The notes below the pieces were generated by a model. That model saw only the letters and a list, made by a program, of their open reading frames with translations, searched no databases and was not told the DNA's origin. Shown in pieces: positions 25,494-38,052 of a DNA stretch of 64,000 bases (its first letter is position 1; each line of letters begins with the position of its first letter). Made by a program: the position numbers and the translations under genes. This DNA comes from Mobula hypostoma (Eukaryota), in NCBI RefSeq assembly GCF_963921235.1, contig NC_086101.1:90148001-90212000 (forward strand), read 5' to 3'.

Positions 25494-26790
25494 GCAGGTG
25501 AGGCACTGTTGATGGTGGAGGAAGGCAAGACCTTTTCTTTGAAGAAGGAGGAATTCTCATTAGTTCTGGAATGACAAACCTCATCCTGAGAGCAGATGTG
25601 ACAGAGACGGAGTAATTGAGAGAAGGGGTGGCATTTTTACAAGTGACAGGGTGGAAAGAGGTATAGTATACGTATCTGTAAGAGTCAGTGGGTTTATAAA
25701 AAATATACCGTCATCCACCATTAATGCTGCCCTCACCTGCATTTCTTCCATTTTGCGTACATCTGCCTTCAGCCCATCTCCTTACCTCACACCAAGGACA
25801 GGGTTCTTCTTGTCCTCACCTATCAGCCCATAAGTCTCCAAATCCAGGACGTAATTCTCCATAACTTCCACCATCTCTAACAGGATCCTACCACCAAGGA
25901 CATCTTTCCTTCCCTCCTCTTTCCACTTTCTGCAGGGATCGCTCCGTACGTCCCCTTGTCCACTTATCGCTCCCCACTGCTCTCCCTCCTGGTACTTATC
26001 CTTGCCACACTTCTCCCTACACCTCCTCCCTCACTACAGTTCAGTGCCCAAAACGGTGCTTCCAGGTGAGGTGACACTTCACCTGTGAGATTGCTGGGGT
26101 CATCTACTGTATCAGATGCTCCTGACGTGGATTGGGAGACCGCTTCACTGAACACCAATGCTCCATCCACCAGAATAAGTGGGATCTCCCAGTGGCCACA
26201 CATTTCAATTCCACTTCTCATTCCCATTCTGATATGTCACTCCATTGCCTCCTCTACTGCCACCATGATGCCACAGTCAGGTTGAAGAAGCAACACCGTA
26301 TATTCTGTCTGGGTATCCTTAAACCTCTGGCATGAACATCAATTTCTCGAACTTCCAGTAATTGCCCACCTCCTCTCCTTCACCGTTCTCCATTCCTGTT
26401 TCCCTCTCTCACCTTTTCTCCATCCGTGCCTATCACCTCTTCACCTATCTGGTGATCCTCTTTCTTCCCTTTCTTCTATTGTCTTCTGTCTTCTCCTATC
26501 AGATTTCCCCTTCTCCAGCCCTTTACCTCTTTCACCAATCAACTATCTAGCTCTTTACTTCAACCCCTTCCCGTCTCCTGGTTTCACCTATCAACTACAA
26601 CCTTGTACTTCTTCCTCCCCTCCCCCACTTTCTTACTCTGACTTCCCCTCTTTCTTTTCAAATCTGATGAAGGGACTCAGCCCGAAACTTCAACTGTTTA
26701 TTCTTTTCCATAGATACTGTCTGCCCTGCTGATTTCCTCTGGCATTTTGAGAGTGTTGCTTTAGATTTCCACCGACTGACTTTCTCATGT
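25494..26790 (+). mobile_element. Penelope-like element 3' part (GIY-YIG C-terminus) with inverted 5' segment
   Basis: ORF 26132-26335 RFTEH..LPVATHFN..H..QHRIFCLG; segment 25494-25690 is inverted; hammerhead-like motif near the 3' end. Confidence 0.85.
26658..26697 (+). ncRNA. Degenerate minimal hammerhead ribozyme motif of the Penelope-like element
   Basis: CTGATGA (26664-26670), stem GGG/CCC, GAAAC (26684-26688); helix I and the cleavage region are mutated. Confidence 0.6.
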
Positions 26791-27050
26791 GTGTGATCAT
26801 TGTTGGAGTCCAATGAAGGAAAGTATTGTGAAATACCATAGCAACCATCACTTAATAAGCCCTGACTTCACACCCGGTCCATGTGAGTCTAGGAATTTCT
26901 TCAGAATGAATAGTTGAAAAACAGTGGTTTCCTTTGGGAACATTGGTCACAATGTGTATTATTGCAAAGTGGCACTACAAACTATTAACTTATTAATTAT
27001 ATGGCAAATTCAGGACAATAGAAGTTTATTACAGTCCTACCCTGAAAATA

Positions 27051-27625
27051 CAGTCAGTGGCCAGTTTATTAGGTATACCTGTACACCTGCTCGTCAATGC
27101 AAACATCTAATCAGCCAATCATGTGGCAACCACTCAATGAATAAAAGCATGCAGACGTGGTCAAGAGGCTCAGTTGTTGGTCAGACCAAACATCAAAATG
27201 GGGAAGAAATTATATCGAAATGACTTCAACCATGGAATGATTGTTGGTGCCAGATGGGGTGGTTTGAGTATCTCAGGAACTTCTGATCTCCTGAGATTTT
27301 CACATACAACAGTTTCTGGAGTTTACAGAGAATGGTATGAAAACAAACAAAAAAAAACAGTAAGCATCAGATCTATGGGTGAAAATGCCTTGATATTGAG
27401 GGTTGTCAGAGGAGAATGGCCAGTCTGATTCAAGCTGACAGGAAGGTGATGGTAACACAAATAACCATGCATTACCATGGCAGTGGTGTGCAGAAGAGCA
27501 TCACTGAATGCACAATAGATCAAAACCTAAAATGGATGGACTACAGCAGCAGAAATCCACAAACATAAACCTAGATGGCTGCTTTGTTAGATACAGGAGG
27601 TATTTAATAAAGTGATAACTATGTG
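27051..27625 (+). mobile_element. Tc1-derived MITE / internally deleted element
   Basis: TA then CAGTCAGTGGCCAGTTTATTAGG; degenerate inverted end near 27600-27625; ORF 27174-27428 resembles a Tc1 N-terminal HTH (GMIVGAR..SISGT..L.FSHTTVSGVYREW). Confidence 0.8.
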
Positions 27626-29046
27626 TCTTTCCAGATTTTGTGAAGTTTTGTGACCTGTTATTTTACATGGATATGCTCAAGGCAATATAACTAGTAATTA
27701 GCAAGTGGAATTATGCGTTCCAAAGTAGCTTTGTTATTTAGCAAAAGTATTGTCTGCATACTGTAAGCTAACTCGTAGTATGGCAACACTTGTGGGGTAC
27801 TCAGCACAATCATCGTTGATTTGAATTGAAGCAAACAGCACACGTCACTGTATGCTTTGATGTACATGAGACAAACAGTATAAAGCTAATCTCTTTAGCA
27901 TTACATGGTCTTATACTGGATTCTTGCATCTCAAAATGCAATTGGAAACTGCAACAAAGATGTGAGAAATTAGAAAGAAAGCAGAAAAAATTATTGTGCT
28001 ACAACAAAAACAAAATTAGAAAAAGTCTTAGATTGATCAAATACTTTTACAATGAGGTTGTGCAAAATCAAGTTCAGATGAGATTAATTTTGAAGTATTT
28101 TTTAAAAACTGTTAAAAAAAAGATTATTCTCTGAGTTGTGATATGAATAACTACCACAATAATTTTACGTGCAAACACTAGAAGAAAGAATGCTAATGAA
28201 TAAATTATGTAAAATTCATCAACAAGATCTTGAAAGTATTTTGAAAGATCCAGGAATTTATTCATGAATTTGAATCTAATGGAAAGTAATACCATAAAAG
28301 TTTGAAAACAATTTAATAGTTAATTCAAGGTGTTAACTGCAAACACAATCCAATAGTGTTCTGCCATTCATAATACTAAACAAATCTCAAATTGAAACTT
28401 TGAAAAAAATGTGGTTAGTTGAATAATGGCAGATTGACAGAAATTAAATCTGGAGTCAAGCATCATGGTTTGCATACTGCTGTTTAATTTTTTTTCCACA
28501 TTATTCTCTCTTAAGTGCAGATATTGAAGGACTTTAGCCTTCCAAACTGTGGGATGAAATACATTATTTATACGATGACATCCAAGAGCGGCTTGCAGTG
28601 TCCTATTCCTTCAATGAAATACTCATCAGGAAGCCCATAAACCGAACACTCCATTCCCATTTCATCAAGCCTTTCGTGGATATCATGGGAAAGGGAACTG
28701 TGGATAACGTTGGTGGCATTAGTCTTGCTGTACATTCACAGGCTCCGTGACCTCCAGGGTTGAATGTGTGTAGTTGTCATGTACTTCACCTTGGTGCCCC
28801 AGCTTCGTCCCACATAAAAGATCATCAAAAAAAAAATCTAGCTGTTGTAAATTTGAAACAAAAACATAAAATGCTGGAAAAACTGAGCAGGATAGGCAGC
28901 ATCTGCAGAAGGAGAAACAACGGTACATTTGTCGTAGGTCTGTTATCCTTTATCAGAATACACCACTGATGCTCCCTGATCTGATCAGTTTTCTTCCAGC
29001 AGTTTTGGTTTTGTTGCAAAGATTTGCAGATCGGTAGGTTGACTAG

Positions 29047-29901
29047 TGTCACGTGACCGGCAAAATGAATATAGAAATGAGTCAGGTTTTATGAACAAAT
29101 AAACATTTATTAAACTCTGCTCAAAATGAGTAAAAAAAAACAAATGAAAACCTTAACGGGAAGTAAACTGCTATGCGGTCATTTAACAAACCATCACTCA
29201 GTACTAGTTCTTAAAGCGGTAAATGCAAAAACAGTCTTAAAGTGGTAAATTCAAACACAGTTCTTAGAATGCTAGATTTGAAAGTCCAAGAGATTTATAC
29301 AGTCAATTAGGAGAGGCTATCCTGAAGTAAAGAATTCCTCGAAGTTATGACGTTACTACCGATCCCAGCTGGAACCCGCCTTGTCCGCAGAACTCACGAC
29401 GACGGAAATAAAACCGTTTAAAGGCACTGAACTTTTTCCTCCGTAGACTAGATACTGCACAACCTTTTTCTGCTGCTTTTAGCAGAGGTTATCTCATGCA
29501 GATCAATCCTACTTGAACGATTTCAATAATGGTCGATACACTCCAAAAATGTCGAACAACTCCTTCAGTTTACTGTCTTCACTCTCCAATATTACTGAAA
29601 AGGTACATCAACAAATCTGGCAGCTATTGGTGAAACTGCCAGCCCAATACTTCTGTACGTTACAGTAGAACGTAAAAGTCCATTTTAAACTATACTGCGT
29701 CATGAGATTAATAAGCAGCATAGCGGAGTATTTGACTGATGATCTAACTGAAAACTAACTGCGTCACCAGGTGTATATACCTGGTGAGAACAGGTCATCA
29801 CATGACCTCACATCAGTGAGAAAATTACATCATGTGACCTCCGCAAGACCATTACATCATTCTCATAAGACAATCACAAGATATCCATGAAGTATGTAAC
29901 A
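29047..29901 (-). mobile_element. Solo LTR (855 bp) inserted in a V-SINE
   Basis: TGTCAC...GTAACA termini; 4-bp TSD CTAG at 29043-29046 and 29902-29905; strand inferred from AATAAA on the minus strand near 29107. Confidence 0.85.
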
Positions 29902-30269
29902 CTAGTCACTGCAAATTGTTCTTAGTGTGTAAGTGAGTGGTGGAATCTGGGGGAAGTTGATAGGAGCATGGGAGGGATGAGATAAGATTAGTGCAATGGG
30001 GGCCTTATGAAGCTATTTCCTTGCTGATTAAAGTGGGATCAAAATGTGAACAAAGAGGGATCCAAGTACAGCATTTCTAGAGTAAATCCCATCCACCATT
30101 ATCTATTAATAGTAACATGTGAAGTACAATTTCATATATTCACTTATTTCAATATTTATTTAATTGCATCAAAATTGATTATTTTAAGTCAAATTCCCGA
30201 AGAATGGAAACGAGTCCAAAAATGTATCTAGTTGACTGGATTACTAGTTGCCCAGTGAAAAGATGGTGC

Positions 30270-30640
30270 ATCAGACCCCACATAACCCAAGTATTCTCTC
30301 TTCTCCCCTTTACCTTTGGCAGAAGATACAAAATCCTGAAAGCTCATACCACCAGGCTCAAAGATAGCTTCTGCTCTACTATTATCAGACTCTTCAACAG
30401 ATCTCTTGTATGATAATATAAATTTTTGGCCTCACAATCTACCTCATTATGATTTTGCAATTTATCATTTACCTGCACTGCACTTTTTTGGTAGCCTTTA
30501 CACTTTATTCTGCATTGCTATTGTTTTACCTTATTCTAGCCAAATACATTGTGTAATAATTTTATTTGTATAAACAGAAAACAAAATAAGCTTTTCACTA
30601 TATCTTGTACATGTGACAATAATAGACCAATACCAATTCT
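30270..30640 (+). mobile_element. Rex1-type LINE 3' end
   Basis: GRRYKILKAHTTRLKDSF; 3' UTR like 9450-9775. Confidence 0.75.
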
Positions 30641-30759
30641 TTCATATATTATTCCTATCCAGATTATTATTTTTAACCTGCTATATTTCCCCTGATATAT
30701 TTGTCTTCACTCTACAACTAAATTCAAATTTGTGTCCAACAAAGTTGAACAGGCAGGTT

Positions 30760-31825
30760 GTTGGGACCAGAGGTGAGGGTTGGGCCAGTTCTGATCGCTG
30801 CTCCACGACGTTCACTCCACTCTTCACCGCGCTGTGCCTGAGGCTGTGGGCCAGCTCTGCCTGCTCCAGGCTCCGTGTCTGCGGACTCCGCGACGTTCAC
30901 CCCACTCTTCACTGCGCTGTGCCTGAGGCTGTGGGTCAGCTCTGCCTGCTCCAGGCTCTGTGCGGACTCCGCGACGTTCACTCCACTCTTCACTGCGCTG
31001 TGCCTGAGGCTGTGGGCCAGCTCTGCCTGCTCCAGGCTCCGTGTCTGCGGACTCCGCGACGTTCACTCCACTCCTCACCGCGCTGTGCCTGAGGCTGTGG
31101 GCCAGCTCTGCCTGCTCCAGGCTCCGTGTCTGCGGACTCCGCGACGTTCACTCCACTCTTCACCGCGCTGTGCCTGAGGCCGTGGGCCAGCTCTGCCTGC
31201 TCCAGGCTCCGTGTCTGCGGACTCCGCGACGTTCACTCCACTCTTCACCGCGCTGTGCCTGAGGCCGTGGGCCAGCTCTGCCTGCTCCAGGCTCCGTGTC
31301 TGCGGACTCCGCGACGTTCACCCCACTCTTCACCGCGCTGTGCCTGAGGCCGTGGGCCAGCTCTGCCTGCTCCAGGCTCCGTGTCTGCGGACTCCGCGAC
31401 GTTCACCCCACTCTTCACTGCGCTGTGCCTGAGGCCGTGTGCCAGCTCTGCCTGCTCCAGGCTCCGTGTCTGCGGACTCCGCGACGTTCACCCCACTCTT
31501 CACCGCGCTGTGCCTGAGGCCGTGTGCCAGCTCTGCCTGCTCCAGGCTCCGTGTCTGCGGACTCTGCGACATTTATTCCACTAAGTGCTGAATTGGGACT
31601 GAGGCTGTGGGCCAGCTCCTCTTCGTGTCCCAGAACTGAATTTTGTTATAAATACCAATTTCTTACTTCTATTGTTTTCAGGATTTTTTTTTCCCTCTCT
31701 CTTAGTGTTTGTTGGTCTTCTTAATGGGTTCTTTTAGGTTTCCTGTTTTGTGGCTACCTGTAAGGAGATGAAACTCAAAGTTGTATAATGTATACATACT
31801 TTGATAATAAATGTACTTTAAAGTT
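30760..31825 (+). mobile_element. Non-autonomous retroposon hosting the minisatellite
   Basis: Ends in the Rex1-type tail ATACTTTGATAATAAATGTACTTT, matching the tails at 46585 and 47133 on the minus strand. Confidence 0.6.
30805..31620. repeat. GC/CpG-rich 85-bp tandem repeat, 9 units plus a degenerate tenth
   Basis: Units start at 30805, 30890, 30971, 31056, 31141, 31226, 31311, 31396, 31481 and 31566; unit 2 is 81 bp. Confidence 0.97.
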
Positions 31826-32209
31826 GTATTCAGCCCAATGTTCCTTTGACAGCATTTAAAGGAGCTTATTTATATTGCATTTTAGTGCTTTTCCTTTAAA
31901 ACTCAGGTACAGGTGTCTGTGATATGCTTTTGCAATATGTTGTATGCCGTAGTTGGATTAGCAGAAATAATTGAAAGAATTCCAGACTGATCACAGGCCT
32001 TTCAGAATACAGTGTGAGAGCATGAAATACCAGAAGTCACGAGTGTTAATCTCCTTTTGTTTCTATCAGAGAGCAGCACACAATAGCTTTGATTGAGAGA
32101 GATCATTCTCACCATGCTTTCAAGATGCCAGCCCTATGCAAATTCCCATTACCAAATAAAAAATAAGACAGGTCATTAATCACATTTTCCTGTCCCATGC
32201 AGTTCTTAG

Positions 32210-35200
32210 TATCATAGAGTCACAGAGTCATAGAACACCACAGCACAGAAACCAGCCCTTCAGCCAATCTACTCCATGCCAAAATATATTGACCTGCATC
32301 CAAATTGCAGCCCCATGTACACTACCCATCCCCGTACCTAACCAAATTTCTCTTAAATGTTAAAATAGAGCCCACATCTCCAGCTTCTTCCTCATTCTCA
32401 CCACCCCCATGTTCTCCTTAAACATTTCACCTTTCATCCCTAACCCATGACCTCTAGTTCTAGTTTCCCCAACCTCGGAGAAAAAAGGCTATTTGCATTT
32501 ACTTTATCTATACTCCTCATAATTTTGTATACCTCTTTCAAATCTCCTCTCAATCTTCTACATTATAGGGTATGAAGTCCTAATTTGTATAATCTTTCCA
32601 TGTAACTCATGTCCTCAAATCCTGGCAAAATTCTTGTTAATTTTCTCTGCACTCTTTCAATCTTATATACATCTTTCCTGCAGGTAGGTGTCTGAAACTG
32701 CACACAGTTCTCCAAATTAAGCCTCACTAATGTCTCACACAACCTCAACATAACATCCCAACTCCTCTACTCAATTCTTTGATTTATGATGGCTAATGTG
32801 TCAAAAGCTTTCTTTATGATCCTATCTACCTGTGACAAAACTTTCAAGGAGTTATGGATCTGAATTCCCAGATTTCTCTGTTCTACTGCACTCCTCAGTG
32901 CCCTACTGCTCACCGTGTAGATCCTACCCTGGTTTGAGGACAGGAAGGAAGATATCAAAGACTATCTTCCCAAAGTCCAACATCTCACACTTGTCTGCAT
33001 TAAATTCCATCTGACATTTTTCAGTGCATTTTCCCAGCTGGTCCAAATGCCGCTGCAAGCTTTGATAGTTTTCCTTGCTGTCCATAACACCCCCAGTCTT
33101 GGTTTCATCCTCAAGTTTGCTGATCAGTTAACAACTTTATCATCCAAGTCATTCATATAGAGTGGATGACATACATCGAATGATCCAGTACCAATCCTTG
33201 CAGCACAACACTAATTACAGGCCTCCAGTTAGAGAGGTAACTATCTACTACCACTCTCTGGCTTCTCCCGCAAAGCCACTTCTCCCACTAATCCAGTTTA
33301 CTACCTCATCTTGAATGTCAAGCAACTGAACCTTCTTGATCAACCTCCCACGCAGGACCTAGTCAAAGGCTTTGCTAAAGTCCATGCAGACAACATCTAC
33401 TGCCTTGCTTTCATTAGCTTTCATGGAAACTTTCTCAAAAAACTCTATAAGATTGGTTAGACACATCAGTCCCTGTCTATCCACATACTTATATATCCTG
33501 TCCCCTTGAATATTTTCGAATGTCTTACCCTTTACAGATGTCACAGGCCTATAATTTCCTGGCCAATCTTAGACCCTTTCTTAAATAACAGAATGATATT
33601 AGCTATTCTCTAATCCTCCAGCACCTCACCCATGGCTAAAAGCATTTTAAATATCACTGATAAGACCCTTGCAATTTCTGCACTGACCTCCACAGATTCT
33701 GAAGGAACATCTTCTCAGCCCTGGGCTATTTATCCATCCTAATTTTCCTCAATAGAGAAAACACCAACTCCCCTGTAACCTGATTATGGTCCATAACCTC
33801 TTCTCTGCTTTGCCTCAGTTCTATAGACTTTGTGGCCAACTTGCGAGTTGCTGATCCTTTCTGGTACCATCAAAATTGGCCTTTCTCCAATTTAGAGTCT
33901 CAGCCTGAGGGCCAGACTGATCCCTCTTCTTAATTATATTGAAACTAATGACATTATGGTAACTGAGTGGACAGTGTTCCTTTACGCAAACTTCTGTCAC
34001 CAGCCCTGTCTCATTCCCTTATAGAAGATTTAGTATTGCACCCTCTCTAGCTGTGACCTCTATGTACTGATTAAAGAAACTTTCCTGAACACATTTGACA
34101 AACTCTCTCCCATCCAGTCCTTTTACAGTATGAAAATCCTAGTCAATATGTGGAATGTTAAAATTACCTATAATGACAAACTTATGTTTCTTGCAGCAGT
34201 CTGTGATCTATCAACAAATTTGCTCCTCTAAATCCCATGGACTGTGGCATGGTCTATAATATAATCCCATTAACATGGTTATACTTCTTCTATTCCTCAT
34301 TTCTACCTATACAGCCTCAGTTGACAAGCTCTCCGGTCTGACCAGCCATGACAATTTCCCTGGCAAGTAATGCCACCCTCCCCCTTTAATCCCTCCCACT
34401 CTGTCACATCTAAAGCAATGGAACTCTGGAACATTGAGTTGGCAGTCCTGCCCCTCCTGCAACCAAACCTTACTAATACTATAATGTCATAATATCATAT
34501 GCTGATCCATGCCCTAAGCTCATCTTCCTTTCCTACAATACTCCTTACATTGAAACATACACAAGTCAGAATATTAGTCTCACCATGCTCATCCTTTCAA
34601 TTCCTGACTGTTTGTATTCTTAACATTCTTCTCCACAACCACTCCACTATCTGCTCTGGCACTCTGATTTCCATAACCCTGCTACTCTAGCTTAGAACTG
34701 CACACCGCTCCCCCCCACCCCCCAACTGTGCAGCATGAGGAATCCTTTCCACAAGGATATTAGTCCCCTTCCAGGCAGGTACAAATTTCCCTGCTGTACA
34801 GGTCCCACCCGCCTTGGAAGAGACCCTAATGATCCAAAAATCTGAAGCCCTCCCTCCAGCACCAACTCCTTAGCCATGTGTTAAACTGTATAATATTCCT
34901 TTTTCTGGCTTTACTAGCACGTGACATGGGTAGCAATCCTAAGATCATAACCCTAGAGCTCCTGTCTTTTAACTTAGCACCTAACATGAACTTACATGGC
35001 AAGACCTCATCACCCTTCCAACCCATGTATTTGGTACTGATGTGGACCATGACCTCTGGCTGCTCACCTCCCACGTAAGAATGGTGTGAACTTGATCTGA
35101 GATGTCCCTGACCCTGGCACTCAGGAAGCAACATGCCATCTGGCAATCTTGTTCTCATCCACAGAGCCCCTAATCAATGAATCGCCTGGCCTCTTCTCCC

Positions 35201-35230
35201 CTCTTTCCATCTGAGCCATACAGCCAGACT
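32210..35230 (-). mobile_element. Degenerate CR1 LINE (ORF1 esterase to 3' tail)
   Basis: EGFRFLDH, CLTNLIEFF..MDFSKAFD, IERVQRKLTR; CATAGAGT-like tail at 32210. Confidence 0.88.
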
Positions 35231-36434
35231 CAGTCTTAATTGGAACAATGTTCAGATGGGAAGGGACAGTGCATTCCTCCAACATTGAAGGCAAATTTGA
35301 AGAGTAATCCCTGAGTGATTTCTGATCCATCCTCTGAAGCTTACAAACAACACATTTATCTACAGGGAAGTCAAGATCAGGCAGATCCAAGGTGGGGAGT
35401 AATTTTCGTGTCAAAATATGGTTGGAAAGATTAATACCTTGTGATTATATTAAGTCTAAGTTCCTGTATGTTGAATAATAATTTGCATATATAGTCACTT
35501 AACACTTAGGCTTGGATCCCTATCAAGTTCAAACTGGTTGAGAATGATCTTTACTGGAAGTTTGTAATTTTTAATTTCATTTACTTGAATCTTGTCAATA
35601 AAATCAAACATCTTTCTTTGATTTATTTTCTTTTATTGAATTTCCTGTTTATCTGAGATCACTTGGTTCCAAGTGAAGTGCTGGAATACAGGTAGAATTA
35701 CAGACCATTCACAGGTTACGAACACCTGACATACATTGGAATGTTATTATTATTAAATACAAAACTCTGGTGCAGTTATGTTTGTTCCCATAAACATCAG
35801 AACTAGTTTCCTCTCTTTACTTCTAGTTCTTGGTGCTTATGTCCTTTGGATGCCATTCATTTAATATTGTTGAAGAATGGTTACAACATCAAATGATTTT
35901 TGGGTATATTCCGACTTACAGACAAAAACGGCTATGGGTGACTGTAAGAACCAAAACCTTTTGTTACTTGGAGAGGGTCTGAAGCAGAAATTATCACTGG
36001 TCAGTATTTTTGTTAGTGCTATTTCATCACAAATGTTCTGTATATAAGCATTTTGTCACAGATACGACTTGACCTGTTCAGTTCTTCCAGCACTTTTTGG
36101 ACATTATTATGTTATGATTAGTAAAGTTAAAATAATTAAGTTACATTCCTAAGACTAGAATCAATGTTTTTACACTTTATCATATTACACTAGATATTTT
36201 GTCAAAGGTTCAATCAGGTTTAAAAGGTCAAAACTCAAGTACTAAACATCGTTGATGCTGGCCACCGCAAGGTGTCAGCTCTTCCCGAATCACCTTTTGC
36301 CCTTGAATTATGCCCAGTACATCATGGATATTTCCCTTCCCACCATCAGTAGTATCAACAAGAGGTGCTGCCTTAAGAAGGCAACATCGATCATCCCCAC
36401 TCTACATAAATTCAAGAGGTCATGCAGTTGCTGG

Positions 36435-36770
36435 AAATCCAGAGCAACACACACACACAAAATGCTGGAGGAACTCAACAGGTTAGGCAGCATCTATGGA
36501 AAGGAATACAGTTGACATTTCTGGCTGAGACCTTTCATCGGGACTGGAAGTAAAGGGGGAGGGGGGAGAAGCCAGAATGAGAAGTTGGGAGGAGGTAAGA
36601 GAGTACAACCTAGAGGTGATAGGTGCTCCTGATGTGACCTTGCTTACATCAGAAAGACATGATGTAAAATGGGCGACCGCATTCTCACATCTTTGCCCCA
36701 TCCACAACAAGAAGGATTTCCCAGTGGCCAACCATTTTAATTCCAATCCTCATTCCCATACTGACATGTC
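36435..36770. mobile_element. Penelope-like fragments (3' end on minus, GIY-YIG piece on plus)
   Basis: DFPVANHFNS..HSHTDM; minus-strand CCGATGA..GAAATGTC hammerhead remnant at about 36510-36548. Confidence 0.7.
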
Positions 36771-38052
36771 AGTGATGTCTCAGATCAGGTCCACAGCATT
36801 CTACAAGGGGAGGGTGAGCAGCCGGAAGTCATGGTGCATATTGGTACCAATGACATAGGTTGGAAAAGTGGGGAGGTTCTGAAGAGATAATATAGGAAAT
36901 TAGGAAGAAAGCAGAGCCTCGAGGGTGGTAATCTCTGGATTGCTGCCTGTACCACATGCTAGTGAGGGTAAGAACAGGATGATTTGGCAGATCAATGTAA
37001 GGCTGAGGAATTGGTGCAGGATGCAGGGTTTCAGATTTTTGGAGCATTGAGAAGGAATGATATTTACAAAAAGGACGAGTTACACCTGAATCTGAGGGGA
37101 ACCAATATCCTTGCGGACAGTTTTGTTAGAGCAAATGGGGAGAGTTTAAACTAATTTGGCAGGGGAATGGGAACCAGAGTGAGAGGGTGAGATGAGGCAG
37201 TTGGTATACAAGTAGATATAGTGCATAGTGAGTCTGTGAGGAAGGATAGACAGATGATGGGGCACAATTGTAGTCAGTGAGATGAGTTGAAGTGTAACAT
37301 GGGGAAAAATCTAAACAGGTGATGAATACAAGACTGAAGATATTATAGTTGAATGCACACAGTATACAAAATAAGGTCGATAACCTTGTAACACAATTAG
37401 AGATTTGGAGGTATCATATGGGTATCACTGAGTTGTATCTGAAGGAATATCATAGTTGGCAGCTTAACATCCAAGGATACACATTGTTAAAAAAGGACAT
37501 GGGGTAGGTGAAGGGGGTGGGGTGGCTGTGCAGGTAAAAAATGAAAATGAATCCTTAGAAAGAGGTGACGTAGGATCAAAAGATGTTGAATCATTGTGGA
37601 TAGAGTTAAGAAACTACAATAGTAAAAAGACCCTGATGGGAGTTATATACAGTACAGCTCTCTGATTAGTAGCCAGTATGCGAGATATAAATTACAATAG
37701 GAGAAAGAAAAACCATGTAAATAGGACAATGTTACAATAATGATGGGGTGGGGGATTTCAATATGCAGGTAGATTGGGAATATTAGGTTGATACTGAATC
37801 CCAAGAGAAAATTTGTAGAATGCCTGTGAAATGGTTTTTTAGAGCAGCTTGTAGCTGAGCCCACCTGGGGAAAGGCAATTCTGTATTGGCTGTTATGTAA
37901 TGAACCAGATTTGATCAGGGGGTTTAAGGTAATGAAACCCTTCGGAAGCAGTGATCATAATATGTTAGAATCCATGCTGCAGTTTGAGAGGAAAAAGATC
38001 AAGTTAGAAGTACCGGTAATACAGTGGAGTAAAGGGTATTACAGAGACATGA

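Noticed and set aside
30805-31565. Hammerhead in each repeat unit (minus strand GTGAAGAG..TGAACGTCG)
   Set aside because: Lacks the core C of CUGA, a full GAAA and any stem II
30805-31620. CRISPR array or repeat-protein gene
   Set aside because: No unique spacers and no cas genes, in a eukaryotic context. The ORFs are by-products of a GC-rich 85-bp unit.
35690-35985. Tigger/pogo-like MITE
   Set aside because: Only weak TIR-like motifs; too degenerate to call
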